DNA of 64,000 nt from Candidatus Eiseniibacteriota bacterium (GCA_963783375.1 CAWANH010000028.1:1728001-1792000); one strand, 5' to 3'. Counted from the first letter of the stretch, positions 10,471-20,146 are shown. A program made the numbers and translations. Notes: a model not told the origin generated them from the sequence alone.

Positions 10471-10689
10471 TCAGGCCTCGACGGCCGTCCGGACCGGACG
10501 GATGTTCTTCTGGACCTTCCCCGAACGCAGGCAACGCGTGCAGACCCGGATCTTCTTGGGCACCCCGTCCACGATGGCGCGAACCCGCTGGAGATTGGGC
10601 TCCCAACGCCGGCGCGACGTGTTGTGCGCATGGCTGACCTTGTTGCCGTAGACGGGACCCTTCCCGCAGATTTCACAAGCCTTGGCCAC
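10471..10689 (-). CDS. rpmB: 50S ribosomal protein L28, Zn-binding (CxxC...CxxC) form
   Basis: CEICGKGPVYGNKVSHAHNTSRRRWEPNLQ...VCTRCLRSGKV; GTG start after AAGGAG. Confidence 0.97.
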   Translation of the reverse strand: MAKACEICGKGPVYGNKVSHAHNTSRRRWEPNLQRVRAIVDGVPKKIRVCTRCLRSGKVQKNIRPVRTAVEA

Positions 10690-10751
10690 GACCGAACTCC
10701 TTTCCCGAATCAAGACCGGGCCCCGACCGGGGTCCGGCGCAAAGCCGAAAG

Positions 10752-10780
10752 AGCGTAGCACACCCCCCTCCACCGCTCAA
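10752..10780 (-). promoter_or_regulatory. Putative sigma70 promoter of rpmB
   Basis: TTGAGC-N17-TACGCT with TG extended -10 on the minus strand. Confidence 0.55.
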
Positions 10781-10806
10781 CCGCGACCTCGAACCGGGTC
10801 CCGCCG

Positions 10807-10836
10807 TTGTCAGGACCGCCGGCCGGCGCGTAGGCT
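10807..10836 (+). promoter_or_regulatory. Putative sigma70 promoter of recG (leaderless geometry)
   Basis: TTGTCA-N18-TAGGCT ending 6 nt before ATG 10843; no SD. Confidence 0.5.
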
Positions 10837-10842
10837 CTGGCC

Positions 10843-13032
10843 ATGACCGCTCCCGGCCCGCCCACTTCGGCTCCCTCCCCGGGAGACGCCCCGGTCGAGA
10901 CCCTCCCCGGGGTCGGGAAACACTATGCCGAGGCCCTCCTCCGCCTGGAAATCCACACCGTGGAAGATCTCCTGCGTCATTTCCCGGCCCGATGGGTGGA
11001 CCGGCGGGAGATCCGGCCCCTGGGTTCCCTCCGCCCCACCGACGTCCGGTTCGAGGAGGGTCCCGACGGCCGGGTGCGCAAGGCGGTGGTCACCGTCCTG
11101 GGGACGGTGGGGACCGTCCATGTCCGGGGTCGGAAAGCCCCCGGAAACCCCCGGCGGCAGGCCGCCCGAAGGACTCCCCAGCGGCTGGAAGTGGGTCTCG
11201 AGGACGAGAGCGGGGAGGTGCGGATCGTCTTCTTCGGGGGAAGCTGGCGGGAAAGTCATTTCCCTCCGGGCTCCCGGATCCTGGTCTCCGGCCCCCTCTC
11301 CACTTTCATGGGGAAGCTGCAGTTCCAGTCCCCGGAGTACGAGGTGCTCGATCGCGACGAGGAGGCGGAGATCCACACCGGCCGGCTCTTTCCGGTCTAC
11401 CCGGGCACGCGGGGGGTGACCCAGCGGAACCTCCGGACGTGGGTGCGAGCCGCGCTCACCCGGGTACTCCCCCGGATGGAGGACCCCCTTCCCGACGCTC
11501 TCCGGGGCCGCTATCGGCTGCTCCCCCTCGAACGGGCGCTGACCACCTATCATTTTCCTCCCGACCCCGAGACCCGGGGGGAGGCCCGCCGCCGTCTGGC
11601 GTTCGAGGAGCTCTTCCTGGACCAGCTCTTCGTCTACGCGGCGCGGCTCCGCCGGGAGCAGGGCCGGCGGACGGTGGCGGTTCCCGCGGACAGCCCGCGG
11701 CTCCGGCGCATCCGGGCCGCCCTTCCCTTCCGCCTCACTCCGGACCAGGATCGCGCCCTGGAAGAGATCCTGGGTGATATGGCCTCGGGACGGCCCATGA
11801 ATCGCCTGCTCCAGGGGGACGTGGGCTCGGGGAAGACGGTGGTGGCTCTCCTGGCCGCCGCCGCCGCCGCGGATGCCGGGGTCCAGATCGCGTTCCTGGC
11901 CCCCACCGAGATCCTGGCCGAACAGCATCTGCGCACCCTGCGCGAGCTGGGGGGGCCGTTCGGGCTGGAGCCGAGGCTCCTCACCGGGAGCACGGGGGCC
12001 GCCGCCCGGCGCGAGGTGCTCCGGTCCCTGGCCGACGGGACCGCCCCCCTGGCCGTGGGCACCCACGCCCTCTTCCAGGAGGAGGTGCGGTTTCGGGACC
12101 TGGGCCTGGTGGTGATGGACGAGCAGCACCGCTTCGGGGTGCTGCAGCGGGTGGCGATGACCGGGAAGGGGAACACCCCCCACGTGCTGGTGATGTCCGC
12201 CACCCCGATCCCCCGGAGCCTCGCCCTGGTCCGCTTCGCCGATCTGGAACTCTCGGTCATCCGCCACCGCCCCGCCGGCCGGGGGCGGGTGGTTACCCGG
12301 GTCACCCCCGAGCACAACCGTCCGGCGGTGTACGAGTTTCTCGCCGAGCGTTTGAGAGAAGGACGCCAAGCCTATATCATCTACCCGCTGGTCGAGGAAT
12401 CGGAGAAGTCCGATCTCAAGGCCGCCACCACCATGGCGCGCCGCCTGGCCCGGCGCCCCGAGTTCAAGGGGTTCGGGGTGGCCCTGCTCCACGGTCAGAT
12501 GAAGGCCGAGGAGAAGGAAGCGGCGATGAACCGCTTCACCAAGGGCGAGGTGAGGGTGTTGGTGGCGACCACGGTGGTGGAGGTGGGGATCGACGTTCCC
12601 AACGCCTCGTTCCTGATCATCGAGCATCCCGAACGCTATGGATTGAGCCAGCTCCATCAACTTCGGGGCCGGATCGGGCGGGGACGGCACACGTCTTATT
12701 GCGTGTTGATTCGTGACGACAAGCTGGACGAGGAGGCGGTGAAGCGGCTCGATCTCTTCGCCGACACCGACGACGGCTTCGTTCTGGCGGAAATGGATCT
12801 GACCCTGAGGGGACAGGGGGACGTGGCGGGCACCCGTCAGAGCGGGCGCCCCCGCTACCGGATCGCCGATCCCTGGCGGGACGTGAAGATGACCGAGGTC
12901 GCGCGCGAGGAGGCGCGAAAGGCCCTGGACGGCGGGGCGTTTCACGGGGAGATGGGGCCGGGATGGGAGCCCCTCCGCCGCCGCCTGCGGACCATGCTGG
13001 AGATCGCCGGGCCCCTGGTGGACGCCGGCTGA
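10843..13032 (+). CDS. recG: ATP-dependent DNA helicase RecG
   Basis: MNRLLQGDVGSGKT, APTEILAEQH, DEQHRFGV, MSATPIPR, ATTVVEVGIDVPNA, QLHQLRGRIGRG, GTRQSG; N-terminal wedge domain. Confidence 0.98.
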   Translation: MTAPGPPTSAPSPGDAPVETLPGVGKHYAEALLRLEIHTVEDLLRHFPARWVDRREIRPLGSLRPTDVRFEEGPDGRVRKAVVTVLGTVGTVHVRGRKAPGNPRRQAARRTPQRLEVGLEDESGEVRIVFFGGSWRESHFPPGSRILVSGPLSTFMGKLQFQSPEYEVLDRDEEAEIHTGRLFPVYPGTRGVTQRNLRTWVRAALTRVLPRMEDPLPDALRGRYRLLPLERALTTYHFPPDPETRGEARRRLAFEELFLDQLFVYAARLRREQGRRTVAVPADSPRLRRIRAALPFRLTPDQDRALEEILGDMASGRPMNRLLQGDVGSGKTVVALLAAAAAADAGVQIAFLAPTEILAEQHLRTLRELGGPFGLEPRLLTGSTGAAARREVLRSLADGTAPLAVGTHALFQEEVRFRDLGLVVMDEQHRFGVLQRVAMTGKGNTPHVLVMSATPIPRSLALVRFADLELSVIRHRPAGRGRVVTRVTPEHNRPAVYEFLAERLREGRQAYIIYPLVEESEKSDLKAATTMARRLARRPEFKGFGVALLHGQMKAEEKEAAMNRFTKGEVRVLVATTVVEVGIDVPNASFLIIEHPERYGLSQLHQLRGRIGRGRHTSYCVLIRDDKLDEEAVKRLDLFADTDDGFVLAEMDLTLRGQGDVAGTRQSGRPRYRIADPWRDVKMTEVAREEARKALDGGAFHGEMGPGWEPLRRRLRTMLEIAGPLVDAG

Positions 13033-13046
13033 ACCGAGGGGGGAGC

Positions 13047-13532
13047 GTGATCGTTCGTTGTCCCGACTGCCGCTCGAAGTACGAGATCGCCGCCGATCGG
13101 ATGCCCGAGGACGTGACCAAGCTCCGCTGTCCGCGGTGCAAGGCGGTTTTCCCGGTGAGCTGGGCCGCCGACGGATCCGCGGTGGCGGCGGGCGCCGTCG
13201 AGGCCTCGGCGTCCGATGCGGACGGCATCAGGCCGGCGTCCGCGCACTTCCCCGCCGCCGATCCCCCACCCCCCCGCCCACGTCCGCGCATCACCGACCC
13301 CGGTCTGGCCCGGCGGATGGCCCGGGCCATGATTTCGGAGATGGTGCTCAACCGACGGGGCGAGCGGGACGAGGCGCTACGCGAGGGGATGGTGCTCAGC
13401 CGTTTCGGTCCGGCCATCGCCGGAGCCTTCTCTCTCTACCGGACCAAGGTCTCGGAGGAACTGGAGTCGGGGCCCGTCTACTTCCGCGAGGCGGTCAACG
13501 AGATCCTCGGGGAGGGGAAGCGGATCCTGTAG
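13047..13532 (+). CDS. MJ0042-type zinc-ribbon protein with conserved helical C-terminal domain
   Basis: CPDC-X18-CPRC; Pro/Ala linker; ARRMARAMISEM...YFREAVNEILGEG; GTG after GAGGGGGGAG. Confidence 0.8.
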   Translation: MIVRCPDCRSKYEIAADRMPEDVTKLRCPRCKAVFPVSWAADGSAVAAGAVEASASDADGIRPASAHFPAADPPPPRPRPRITDPGLARRMARAMISEMVLNRRGERDEALREGMVLSRFGPAIAGAFSLYRTKVSEELESGPVYFREAVNEILGEGKRIL

Positions 13533-13589
13533 CGCCCCACCGCCCGTTCCGGGAGGGCGCCCGGCGAGTCCGGCTTCCCGGGCGGCCTC

Positions 13590-14525
13590 CTACCGCGCCT
13601 TCCCCTGCGCCGTGGTGCAGTTGGGTTCCCTTCCGCCGATCCTCCCGCAGTCCCCCGAGTTGGCCGCGGCGCAGGGAGACGAGTCGAGGATGGTGTAGTC
13701 CCCGCCGGGCTCGTTGCAGAAGGTCGGGTCCAGGTGGAGATCGCTCTCCGGCCCCGTGCAGTTCAGGTAGGGGGCGAGGCCGCTCAGAAAGACGTCGTTG
13801 CAGCCCGAGGAGTCGGTGAGGGCGGCGTTCGTCTCGCAGGCGATGCCGTAGTTCGCCGAGTCGTAGATGAGGGTCTGCCGGATGTCGCCCCGGGCTCCCG
13901 ATTCCAGGAGCATTCCGCAGTCCCCGGCCCCGACGAGGGTGTTCTGAAGGCTCGCCAGCGTCGCCTTTCCGGTGAGGTTCACCGAGAACCGGGCGGCGTC
14001 GGTCATGAGGCACTGCTCGAGCTCGATCCGGAGCCCCTTGCCCGATCCGGTCCCCCGGACCTGGATCGCCCCCCGCCGGAAGATGCAATCGTCGATGGTC
14101 AGGGCCCCCTGCCCGGTTATCTCCACCGAGTTCGTCCCGCCCTGAACGAGGAGGTGCTCGATCCGCGTCCCCGCCCGGGGGTTCACGAAACGGAAGATAG
14201 CGGTGGAGTCGAGGTTCACGCTCACCAGGGGGTAGTTCTTGGTTCCGCGGATGAGGAGTGGGGTCTGATCCGCTCGGAATTCCAGGGTTCGGGGCAGGGG
14301 GAGCAGAGGACTCTGAGTTACCCACAGGGTATCCCCGGCGATCACCTGATCGGGGGCCTCATCGAGGGTGATGTCGGTCGGGATGAAGAAGGCCTTGGGG
14401 ATCCGTCCGGGACCGGGTCGGGTCGAGGAATCGTTGCAGCCGGCCGCGGCCAGGACGATGAGGCCGGCCACGAGCCCCAGGAAACCCCTAGAGAGTCGGG
14501 GGTGGGGATGAACAGGTCGTACCAT
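13590..14525 (-). CDS. Lipoprotein with right-handed parallel beta-helix
   Basis: Lipobox LAAAG-C; beta-helix-like strands (TIDDCIFR, NTLVG); C-terminal DPTFC...DYTI..SSPCA..CGRIG; start uncertain. Confidence 0.7.
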   Translation of the reverse strand: MVRPVHPHPRLSRGFLGLVAGLIVLAAAGCNDSSTRPGPGRIPKAFFIPTDITLDEAPDQVIAGDTLWVTQSPLLPLPRTLEFRADQTPLLIRGTKNYPLVSVNLDSTAIFRFVNPRAGTRIEHLLVQGGTNSVEITGQGALTIDDCIFRRGAIQVRGTGSGKGLRIELEQCLMTDAARFSVNLTGKATLASLQNTLVGAGDCGMLLESGARGDIRQTLIYDSANYGIACETNAALTDSSGCNDVFLSGLAPYLNCTGPESDLHLDPTFCNEPGGDYTILDSSPCAAANSGDCGRIGGREPNCTTAQGKAR

Positions 14526-14731
14526 GACGGGATGTCTCCGGAAGCCCTGGGAGCGCGCTGCGTTCGGGGCCATCATACGAAGCCCGGAGGGCGTGAACAA
14601 GGGGCAGGGCGGGGATCCTTTTGGGGACAAAGGCGAGGCCGACCCGGGGGCTGGGCCGGCCTCGATTCGTCAGTGGCGGTAGAAGCCGGGCCGAGGGGGT
14701 CCGGCTCCAAGGATCGCTCGTCCCCGGGGGG

Positions 14732-15346
14732 TCAATCCTTGACGCTGGCCAGGAGCGAGCGGACCTCGGGCGCCACCATCTCGGAACGGGTGACCAGGAG
14801 GAGCCGCAGCTCGTCGGCCCCGACGTTCCGGATGATCTGGTCCTTCTGGGCTTTCACGAAGATCGAGTCGCCCGGGTCCACGACGTAGTTGTCGCCCTGG
14901 ATCTGGACCTCGCACTTTCCACGAAGGACGTAGAGGAAGTACTCGTCGGGGACGCTCGGCCGGGGACTGAGACGCAGCTCGCCGGAGCTGAGCTCCAGGA
15001 AGAGCACGTTGAACGCCCCGGCGGTGGAACGCGCGGTAAGCACCTCGATGCTCACGTTCTCATTGGTGTTCCCCACCTTGCGGCCCTTGCCCTGGCGGAT
15101 CAGGTCCACTTCCTTCATGCGCTCGTCCTCGAAGAACTCGGTCATGGGGACGTTCAGCGCCTGGGCGATCCGGTGAAGGGTGGCCAGCGAGGGCGATGAG
15201 ACGCCCCGCTCGATCGTGGAGATCTGGCCGTTGGTGATCCCGACCTGCTGGGCCAGCTCCAGCTGGGTCAGGTTCTGCTCCTTGCGGAGCTTCCTGAGCT
15301 TTTGGCCCAGGTACATCATGTGGACTCTTTCGTCATTCGTGTACAT
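14732..15346 (-). CDS. XRE-family HTH regulator with C-terminal cupin
   Basis: LGQKLRKLRKEQNLTQLELAQQVGITNGQISTIERGVSSPSL; cupin EYFLYVLRG...PGDSIF; SD GGAGAG. Confidence 0.92.
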   Translation of the reverse strand: MYTNDERVHMMYLGQKLRKLRKEQNLTQLELAQQVGITNGQISTIERGVSSPSLATLHRIAQALNVPMTEFFEDERMKEVDLIRQGKGRKVGNTNENVSIEVLTARSTAGAFNVLFLELSSGELRLSPRPSVPDEYFLYVLRGKCEVQIQGDNYVVDPGDSIFVKAQKDQIIRNVGADELRLLLVTRSEMVAPEVRSLLASVKD

Positions 15347-15433
15347 CGTCTTCTCTCCGTAGCAGCCCGTTGGTTTTGGGGGAAAGGGCCACTTCCGACC
15401 CTGCTTCCTACTTGTGGAACACCAACTACAGCA

Positions 15434-15449
15434 TTCAGATTCCGTGCCA
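15434..15449 (-). promoter_or_regulatory. Possible sigma54 promoter of the XRE-cupin gene
   Basis: TGGCACGGAATCTGAA: perfect -24 element, but -12 reads GA not GC; AT-rich IHF-like tract at ~15475-15501. Confidence 0.4.
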
Positions 15450-15556
15450 TCTTTCATATTTTGCCGCAGAATCAGTAACTAATTACCTGACAACAAATTA
15501 CGGCCGGACGAAATCATGAGGGGTTCGAGCTTTGACCGGTCAGGTAGAAAGTTCGT

Positions 15557-16921
15557 TCAACTACCAGAAAAAGTTTCTTTCAATCCGTAGTCTCGAATCT
15601 TCTTCCGGAGGGTCGGCCGGGAGACCCCCAGAATCTCGCACGCCTTGCCCTGGTGCCAGCCCACCGCCCCCAGGACCCGGGAAATATGCTGGGCCTCGAC
15701 GTCCTCGAGGCTCCGGAAGGGCGAATCCTCGGCGGCCATCTCCGAGGGAATCGTGTCCTCGAGGCTGTGGGCCTGCAACTCCAGCACCTCGCCCTTGCTG
15801 AGCACGACGGCCCGGGTGAGCACGTTCTCGAGCTCCCGGACGTTTCCCCGCCAGTCGTAGTGCATGAGCCGCTTCATGGTCTCGTCGGGGACCTTGTACA
15901 CCTCCCTGTGCACCTCGGCGTTGATCTTCTGGAGGAAGTGCTCCACCAGCAGCGGGATGTCCTCCCGCCGCTCCTTCAAGGGGGGGACGTACACCGTGAT
16001 GACCTTCAGGCGGTAATAGAGGTCCTCGCGGAACCGGTTCTCCGCCACCAGGGTCTCCAGGTTGCGGTTGGTGGCGGCCACCAGCCGGGCGTCGGTGCGC
16101 AGGACCTCGCTCCCGCCCACCCGGGTGTACTCCCGCTCCTGAAGCACCCGGAGGAGCTTCGTCTGGAGTCCGGGAGACATGTCCCCGATTTCGTCCAGGA
16201 ACATGGTGCCCTTCCCGGCCAGCTCGAATTTTCCGGGCTTCCGGTAGGACGCGTCGGTGAACGCTCCCTTCTCATGCCCGAAGAGCTCGCTCTCCAGGAG
16301 GGTGTCCACGATGGCCGAGCAGTTCACCGAGATGAAGGGTTCCTGGGGGGCGGCGTTGGCGTGGATGGCCCGGGCCACCAGTTCCTTCCCGGTCCCGCTC
16401 TCGCCGGTGATGAGGACGGTGGCGTTGCTGGAGGAGACCGCGCCGATGGTCTTGTAGATCTCCAGCATCGGCTTGCTCTTTCCCACCAGCACGTTCTGTT
16501 TCAGCGGCATGATCCGCTCGGCCTGGAGCCGTGAGACAACCTGGGTGAGCCGCCGGTTCTCCCGGGCCTTGTTGACCACGATCTCCAGCTTTTCCGGATC
16601 GAAGGGCTTGTCGATGTAGTCGAACGCGCCGTGCTGCATGGCCGAAACGGTGGTCTCCATGTCCTGGTAGGCGGTGATCATGATCACATAGACGTCGGGA
16701 TCGATGCGACAGACCTCGGACAGGATGGAGAGCCCGTCTCCGTCGGGGAGGCGGACGTCGCAGATCACGTAGTGGGGGTGAACTTCGTGGAAGTTGCGGA
16801 GGCCTTCGGCCTTGGAGAGCGCGGTGTAGGTATCGAAGCCCTTGCTCCGGAAGAATAGCGACAGCTCCCGGCACAGGTTCGCCTCGTCGTCGATGATGAG
16901 CAGGCGTTCCGCTTCCTTCAT
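15557..16921 (-). CDS. Sigma54-dependent response regulator (REC-AAA+-Fis HTH, NtrC/AtoC family)
   Basis: REC (LIIDDE, DVRLPD), [52 protein letters not shown]. Confidence 0.95.
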   Translation of the reverse strand: MKEAERLLIIDDEANLCRELSLFFRSKGFDTYTALSKAEGLRNFHEVHPHYVICDVRLPDGDGLSILSEVCRIDPDVYVIMITAYQDMETTVSAMQHGAFDYIDKPFDPEKLEIVVNKARENRRLTQVVSRLQAERIMPLKQNVLVGKSKPMLEIYKTIGAVSSSNATVLITGESGTGKELVARAIHANAAPQEPFISVNCSAIVDTLLESELFGHEKGAFTDASYRKPGKFELAGKGTMFLDEIGDMSPGLQTKLLRVLQEREYTRVGGSEVLRTDARLVAATNRNLETLVAENRFREDLYYRLKVITVYVPPLKERREDIPLLVEHFLQKINAEVHREVYKVPDETMKRLMHYDWRGNVRELENVLTRAVVLSKGEVLELQAHSLEDTIPSEMAAEDSPFRSLEDVEAQHISRVLGAVGWHQGKACEILGVSRPTLRKKIRDYGLKETFSGS

Positions 16922-18030
16922 GACCCGGCCTCCGTCTCGGGAAGTTTGAGCACCACCACCGTTCCCCGCCCCGGAGTGGAATCGAGGGAGACCGAGCCCT
17001 GGTGGAGGTCCATGATGCGGCGCACGTTGCTGAGCCCGAGGCCGAGCTGGTGCCCGGTGGTGGTGAAGAACGGCTCGAACACCCGTGCCTGAAGATGGGG
17101 GGCGATGCCCGGTCCGTTGTCGCGAATCTCCACCAGCCATTGAGCCCCGGTTTCCAGGGGTTGGCGCTTGAGCACCACGTGGATCTCTCCCTTGTGATCC
17201 ATGGCCTCGGAGGCGTTCTGCACCACCTGGCTCACCGCCTGGGCGAATTGGCCGCGATCGATGCGCACGCGCGGCGGACCGGCGGGGAACTGCCGGAACA
17301 GGGCCACCGATTTGAGGTTCAGAATCGGGCGGGCGTCTTCGAGCCCCTGGTTCACCGCGTCCACCAGGTCCACCCAGTCGAACCGGGGTTTGGGGGGCTT
17401 GGCGTAGTTCACCAGGGTTCGCAGGAAGAGCTCGATGCGGTTCAGCTCCTCCCGGGCGATGGAGAAATGGAGGGTCTCATCCGGGTCGGGAACCCGGGCT
17501 TTCTCCAGCATGTAGAGGCTGAGCTTGATGGCGGAGAGGTGGTTGCGAATCTCGTGAGCCATGTTGTGGGCGATGAGCCCGAGGGTGCCGAGCTTGCCCT
17601 CGGCCACCAGCCGCTTTTGGAACGCGCGTTGCTCGGTGATGTCGCGGGCCACCCAAACCACGGCGATCGGTTCCCCGGCCCGGTTCCGCATGGCGTTGGT
17701 CTCGATGAACACGGGAAGGCCGGAGCCGTCCTGCCGGTAGCCGGTGAGCTCCCCCTTCCAGCCCCCCTCCACCGACCGGGTGAGGATGCGCTGCACCAGG
17801 TCCGCGTCCAGGGTCACCCGGCTCATGATCCCCACGTCCTGGCCCACCAGCATGTCCCGCGAATAACCCAGAGCCTTCAGGATGCGCTGGTTGACGAAGA
17901 GCAGCCGGCCGGTGAGATCGGTCACCGCCACGCCGATGGGGACGGCCTCCATGGATTGGAACAGCTCGCCGATGTGGTCGGTGAGGGACTCCGCGGAAAG
18001 TGGTGAATCGGGGAGAAAGCTATTTTCCAA
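16918..18030 (-). CDS. Cytoplasmic PAS sensor histidine kinase
   Basis: PAS/PAC, H-box AHEIRN, DNGPGI, FEPFFTT, GLGLGL; overlaps the regulator start; TTG start uncertain. Confidence 0.92.
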   Translation of the reverse strand: MENSFLPDSPLSAESLTDHIGELFQSMEAVPIGVAVTDLTGRLLFVNQRILKALGYSRDMLVGQDVGIMSRVTLDADLVQRILTRSVEGGWKGELTGYRQDGSGLPVFIETNAMRNRAGEPIAVVWVARDITEQRAFQKRLVAEGKLGTLGLIAHNMAHEIRNHLSAIKLSLYMLEKARVPDPDETLHFSIAREELNRIELFLRTLVNYAKPPKPRFDWVDLVDAVNQGLEDARPILNLKSVALFRQFPAGPPRVRIDRGQFAQAVSQVVQNASEAMDHKGEIHVVLKRQPLETGAQWLVEIRDNGPGIAPHLQARVFEPFFTTTGHQLGLGLSNVRRIMDLHQGSVSLDSTPGRGTVVVLKLPETEAGS

Positions 18031-18146
18031 AATCGGCCCTCAGGCCCGGGTTCGGGAAGACATTCGAATCACCTGAGAGAATAGAAGTAACTCCGGCGGG
18101 ATTCAAGGCAAAGGGGTCGGCTGGGCAGGGGGGGGGTAGGGAGGAA

Positions 18147-18344
18147 TCAGCCCTGGGCGGACCGGGGGTCGCCGGTCGTCGGAGGGGCGGCCTGGCCGGC
18201 GTAGGCCGGGCACTCCCGGCGGAGGGGGCAGCTGTGCGGGCCCTGATCGAGCGGGCATCCCCCGACCACCCGGTTGTGGTTCCGGCAGTAGAACGAGTAG
18301 GTCGAGCCGTCAGCCGCAGGTCTCTTGATCCGGAACGCTCGCAT
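18147..18344 (-). CDS. Small Cys/His-containing hypothetical protein (65 aa)
   Basis: GGAGG SD 4 nt before ATG; sigma54 site ~50 nt upstream; YCRNH...GCP...HSCP...ECP. Confidence 0.6.
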   Translation of the reverse strand: MRAFRIKRPAADGSTYSFYCRNHNRVVGGCPLDQGPHSCPLRRECPAYAGQAAPPTTGDPRSAQG

Positions 18345-18391
18345 GCCGCCTCCACGCTTCGGTCTGCCATCAGGGGTCAGCCATTGGTCTT

Positions 18392-18407
18392 AGCAACCTT
18401 CGTGCCC
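18392..18407 (-). promoter_or_regulatory. Sigma54 (-24/-12) promoter
   Basis: GGGCACGAAGGTTGCT = GG-N10-GC, near-consensus TGGCACG-N4-TTGCW. Confidence 0.75.
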
Positions 18408-18610
18408 GGATCGCCCCCATTTGCCCCAAATATCCCGAATCCAGCTCAACGTTTTGAACAACAACGGGTTTCATCGGTCGTGGACCGGCGCCGGGTGAGG
18501 GGATGGTTGGCCGGCGGGGAGTCGGCCGTGCAAAAAGACCCACCGGTGGTGGTGGCTTATCACGCACCGTCCGATCGCCGTGGCCTCGGCGGGGTTTTCC
18601 CCCCTCGCCT

Positions 18611-18637
18611 TCAAGTTCGGCGGCAGCCCGCCGATAT
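18611..18637 (+). promoter_or_regulatory. Sigma28 (FliA-type) promoter of mglA
   Basis: TCAAG...: TCAA-N15-GCCGATAT, ~75 nt before ATG 18713. Confidence 0.72.
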
Positions 18638-18712
18638 CTCCCGGTACGTGCGGGTCCGCTCAGCGAGGGCGGGCATGGTCCATGGCTTCAGTGCACCAAG
18701 GGGGTTCGACCC

Positions 18713-20038
18713 ATGGTCGTAGTGTCCTACTCCGGGAAAGAAATCAACGCCAAGCTGGTTTACTACGGCCCGGGACTCAGCGGTAAGACGACCAATCTCG
18801 AGTACATCTACCAGAGCGTTCCCTCGAACAACCGGGGGAAGATGGTCTCCATGAAGACCCGGACCGAGCGCACGCTCTTCTTCGACTTCCTGCCGGTGGA
18901 CCTCGGGGAGATGGGCGGGTTCAAGACCCGGTTCCTCCTCTACACCGTTCCCGGCCAGGTGTACTACAACGCCACCCGGAAACTGGTCTTGCGCGGGGTG
19001 GACGCGGTGATCTTCGTGGCCGATTCCGCCCGCGGGAAGATGGACGAGAACATCGAGTCCCTTCGGAACCTGCACGAAAACCTGAAAGAGTACGGGCTCA
19101 GCACCGAGGACATCCCGGTGGTGATGCAGTACAACAAGCGCGATCTCGACGACGTCTATTCGGTCGAGGAACTGGAAGAGGCTCTGAACCCGGACGGCCT
19201 GACCTGCTTCGAGGCGGTGGCCACCACGGGGCAGGGGGTCTTCGAGACCTTCCGGGGCATCGCCCGGGTGCTTCTTCAGAAGCTGAACAAGGACATCAAG
19301 CTGGGAGACGGGCGCGGGTTGGCGGCCAAGATGGGAGGGGTGGACGGCACGGCTCACCCCGCCCCGGCTGGAGTCCCCACGCCGACGTCCGCACCCGCGG
19401 CCGCGAGCCCTTCGAAGGTCCCGGAGACCCCGAAGCCGGCCGCCCCGGCTTCCTTCCGGCCGCCGAAGCCGGAACCGGTCGCGCCGCCGCGTCCGGAGCC
19501 GAGGCAGAAGCCCGCGGCGCCCGAACCCCAGCCGGTGAAGGCGTCGGAGCCCGCGACCCCGCCGACGGCGCCCAAGCCGGTCGTGGCCCCCGCCCCGGCC
19601 GCGGCCTCCAAGCCCGAGCCCCCGGCCCCCCGGCCGGAGCCCGAGCCGGTGGAAGCCCGGTCGGGATCCCGTCCGAGCCCGGCTCCCGAAATGCGTCGCG
19701 TGGAGGGCACCCGGCCGGCCGACGTGCTGGAACTCCCCGCCGAGAGCTTCAGCCCCGCCTCCGAGGAGGGCGAGAAGCCCGGCTTCTGGGGCCGGTTGTT
19801 CGGCCGAAAGGCCCGGGCAGACCAGGGCGCCGAGACCCTGGTGGCCGAGGCGAGCCTGGCCCCGGTGGAGATTCCCGCGGTGGGGGGCTCCGGCGACACC
19901 TCCCCGGTCTTTATCGAGCGCCGTATCCAGGTGCCGATCACCCTGGGCCCCGACGAGATCGTCCGGGGGGCGAAGCTCCGGCTGGTCCTGGAGATCCGGG
20001 TGGATCCGGCCCAGAAACGGGACTCCAAGGTGGCCTGA
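18713..20038 (+). CDS. mglA: MglA-family small GTPase with a long Pro/Ala linker and extra C-terminal domain (441 aa)
   Basis: KLVYYGPGLSGKTTNL, TERTLFFDFLP, LYTVPGQVYYNATRKLVLRGVD, YNKRDL, AVATTGQGVFETF. Confidence 0.93.
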   Translation: MVVVSYSGKEINAKLVYYGPGLSGKTTNLEYIYQSVPSNNRGKMVSMKTRTERTLFFDFLPVDLGEMGGFKTRFLLYTVPGQVYYNATRKLVLRGVDAVIFVADSARGKMDENIESLRNLHENLKEYGLSTEDIPVVMQYNKRDLDDVYSVEELEEALNPDGLTCFEAVATTGQGVFETFRGIARVLLQKLNKDIKLGDGRGLAAKMGGVDGTAHPAPAGVPTPTSAPAAASPSKVPETPKPAAPASFRPPKPEPVAPPRPEPRQKPAAPEPQPVKASEPATPPTAPKPVVAPAPAAASKPEPPAPRPEPEPVEARSGSRPSPAPEMRRVEGTRPADVLELPAESFSPASEEGEKPGFWGRLFGRKARADQGAETLVAEASLAPVEIPAVGGSGDTSPVFIERRIQVPITLGPDEIVRGAKLRLVLEIRVDPAQKRDSKVA

Positions 20039-20073
20039 CCTCGAATTCCGCATCCGAGTGAGCACGAACCCGC

Positions 20074-20101
20074 CGACGGGGACCCAATGGGTCCCCGTTG
20101 G
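20074..20101 (+). terminator. Hairpin after mglA
   Basis: CGACGGGGACCCA-A-TGGGTCCCCGTTG inverted repeat. Confidence 0.55.
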
Positions 20102-20146
20102 TGTATATGGGTCAGGGCTCCCGTGGGAGACCGGCGCGGTGTTCGG

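Noticed and set aside
18370-18567. Second small ORF upstream of the Cys-rich ORF
   Set aside because: No SD, and it overlaps the sigma54 promoter; best read as regulatory DNA.
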